Assembly (NCBI GenBank): GCA_001275005.1
Contig: JWZX01002322.1
Location: 1 to 38,223, forward strand
Length of the DNA: 38,223 bases
From: Chrysochromulina tobinii
Taxonomy: Eukaryota
Direction: 5' to 3'
Below the pieces are notes generated by a model. It made no database searches and was not told the DNA's origin. It saw nothing but the letters and a program-made list of their open reading frames with translations. A program made the position numbers and the translations under genes. Below, one piece after another: positions 38,011-38,223 of this stretch. Each line of letters opens with the position of its first letter. Position 1 is the first letter of the stretch.

Positions 38011-38223
38011 ACCATTTTCTTCTAGATGACGTGGTGAATGGTCAGTCGTGCTTTCGTGGGTACTCAGTGGGTTTCCGAAAACGCTTTCGAAAGCTGTATC
38101 CCATGCTGTATCCGTGCATCGTACGATGCATGAGTCGCCACCGAGTGACTTGGCAATCCGCTGTCGAGCTCGGCTGAAATGATGCGGCGGCGGCGACCTG
38201 GAAAAGGACCGGCTGGGTTTTTC

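Overview
Very GC-rich, gene-dense eukaryotic nuclear DNA with short spliceosomal introns. The gene content, GTGCGC donors, bipartite plastid presequences and satellite-filled intron suggest a haptophyte alga, Chrysochromulina-like; this is inference and was not checked. About 15 protein-coding genes can be built by hand: a 5'-truncated Pro-rich membrane protein, a CLASP-type TOG protein head-to-head with an 8x filamin-repeat protein, a myristoylated HET-like/ZZ/MORN protein, an acidic unknown, a putative glycosyltransferase-like protein, an SGNH hydrolase, a Trp-repeat coiled-coil protein, two putative plastid proteins (NTF2/DUF2358-like and SAP-domain), a cytochrome b5-fused front-end desaturase, a coiled-coil unknown, an EF-hand protein, transcription factor DP, and a frameshifted Tudor-WW-CCCH-G-patch protein. 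I see no rRNA, tRNA or CRISPR. The standout signal is an intron-generating repeat. A ~47-nt element (GCGATGCATGCA[C/A]GTGCTCACCACGACGCCCGCTCCTCTCCCCACAG) forms the 3' half of four introns in two unrelated genes, and a truncated fifth copy sits in a third gene. It is always sense to its host and carries a branch-point-like motif, a pyrimidine tract and the AG. The 5' half of each intron is a 9-46 nt direct copy of the start of the following exon, and that copy supplies the GT donor. This looks like an introner with long, variable target-site duplications and no terminal inverted repeats. All splice models are read from sequence only and need RNA-seq confirmation.
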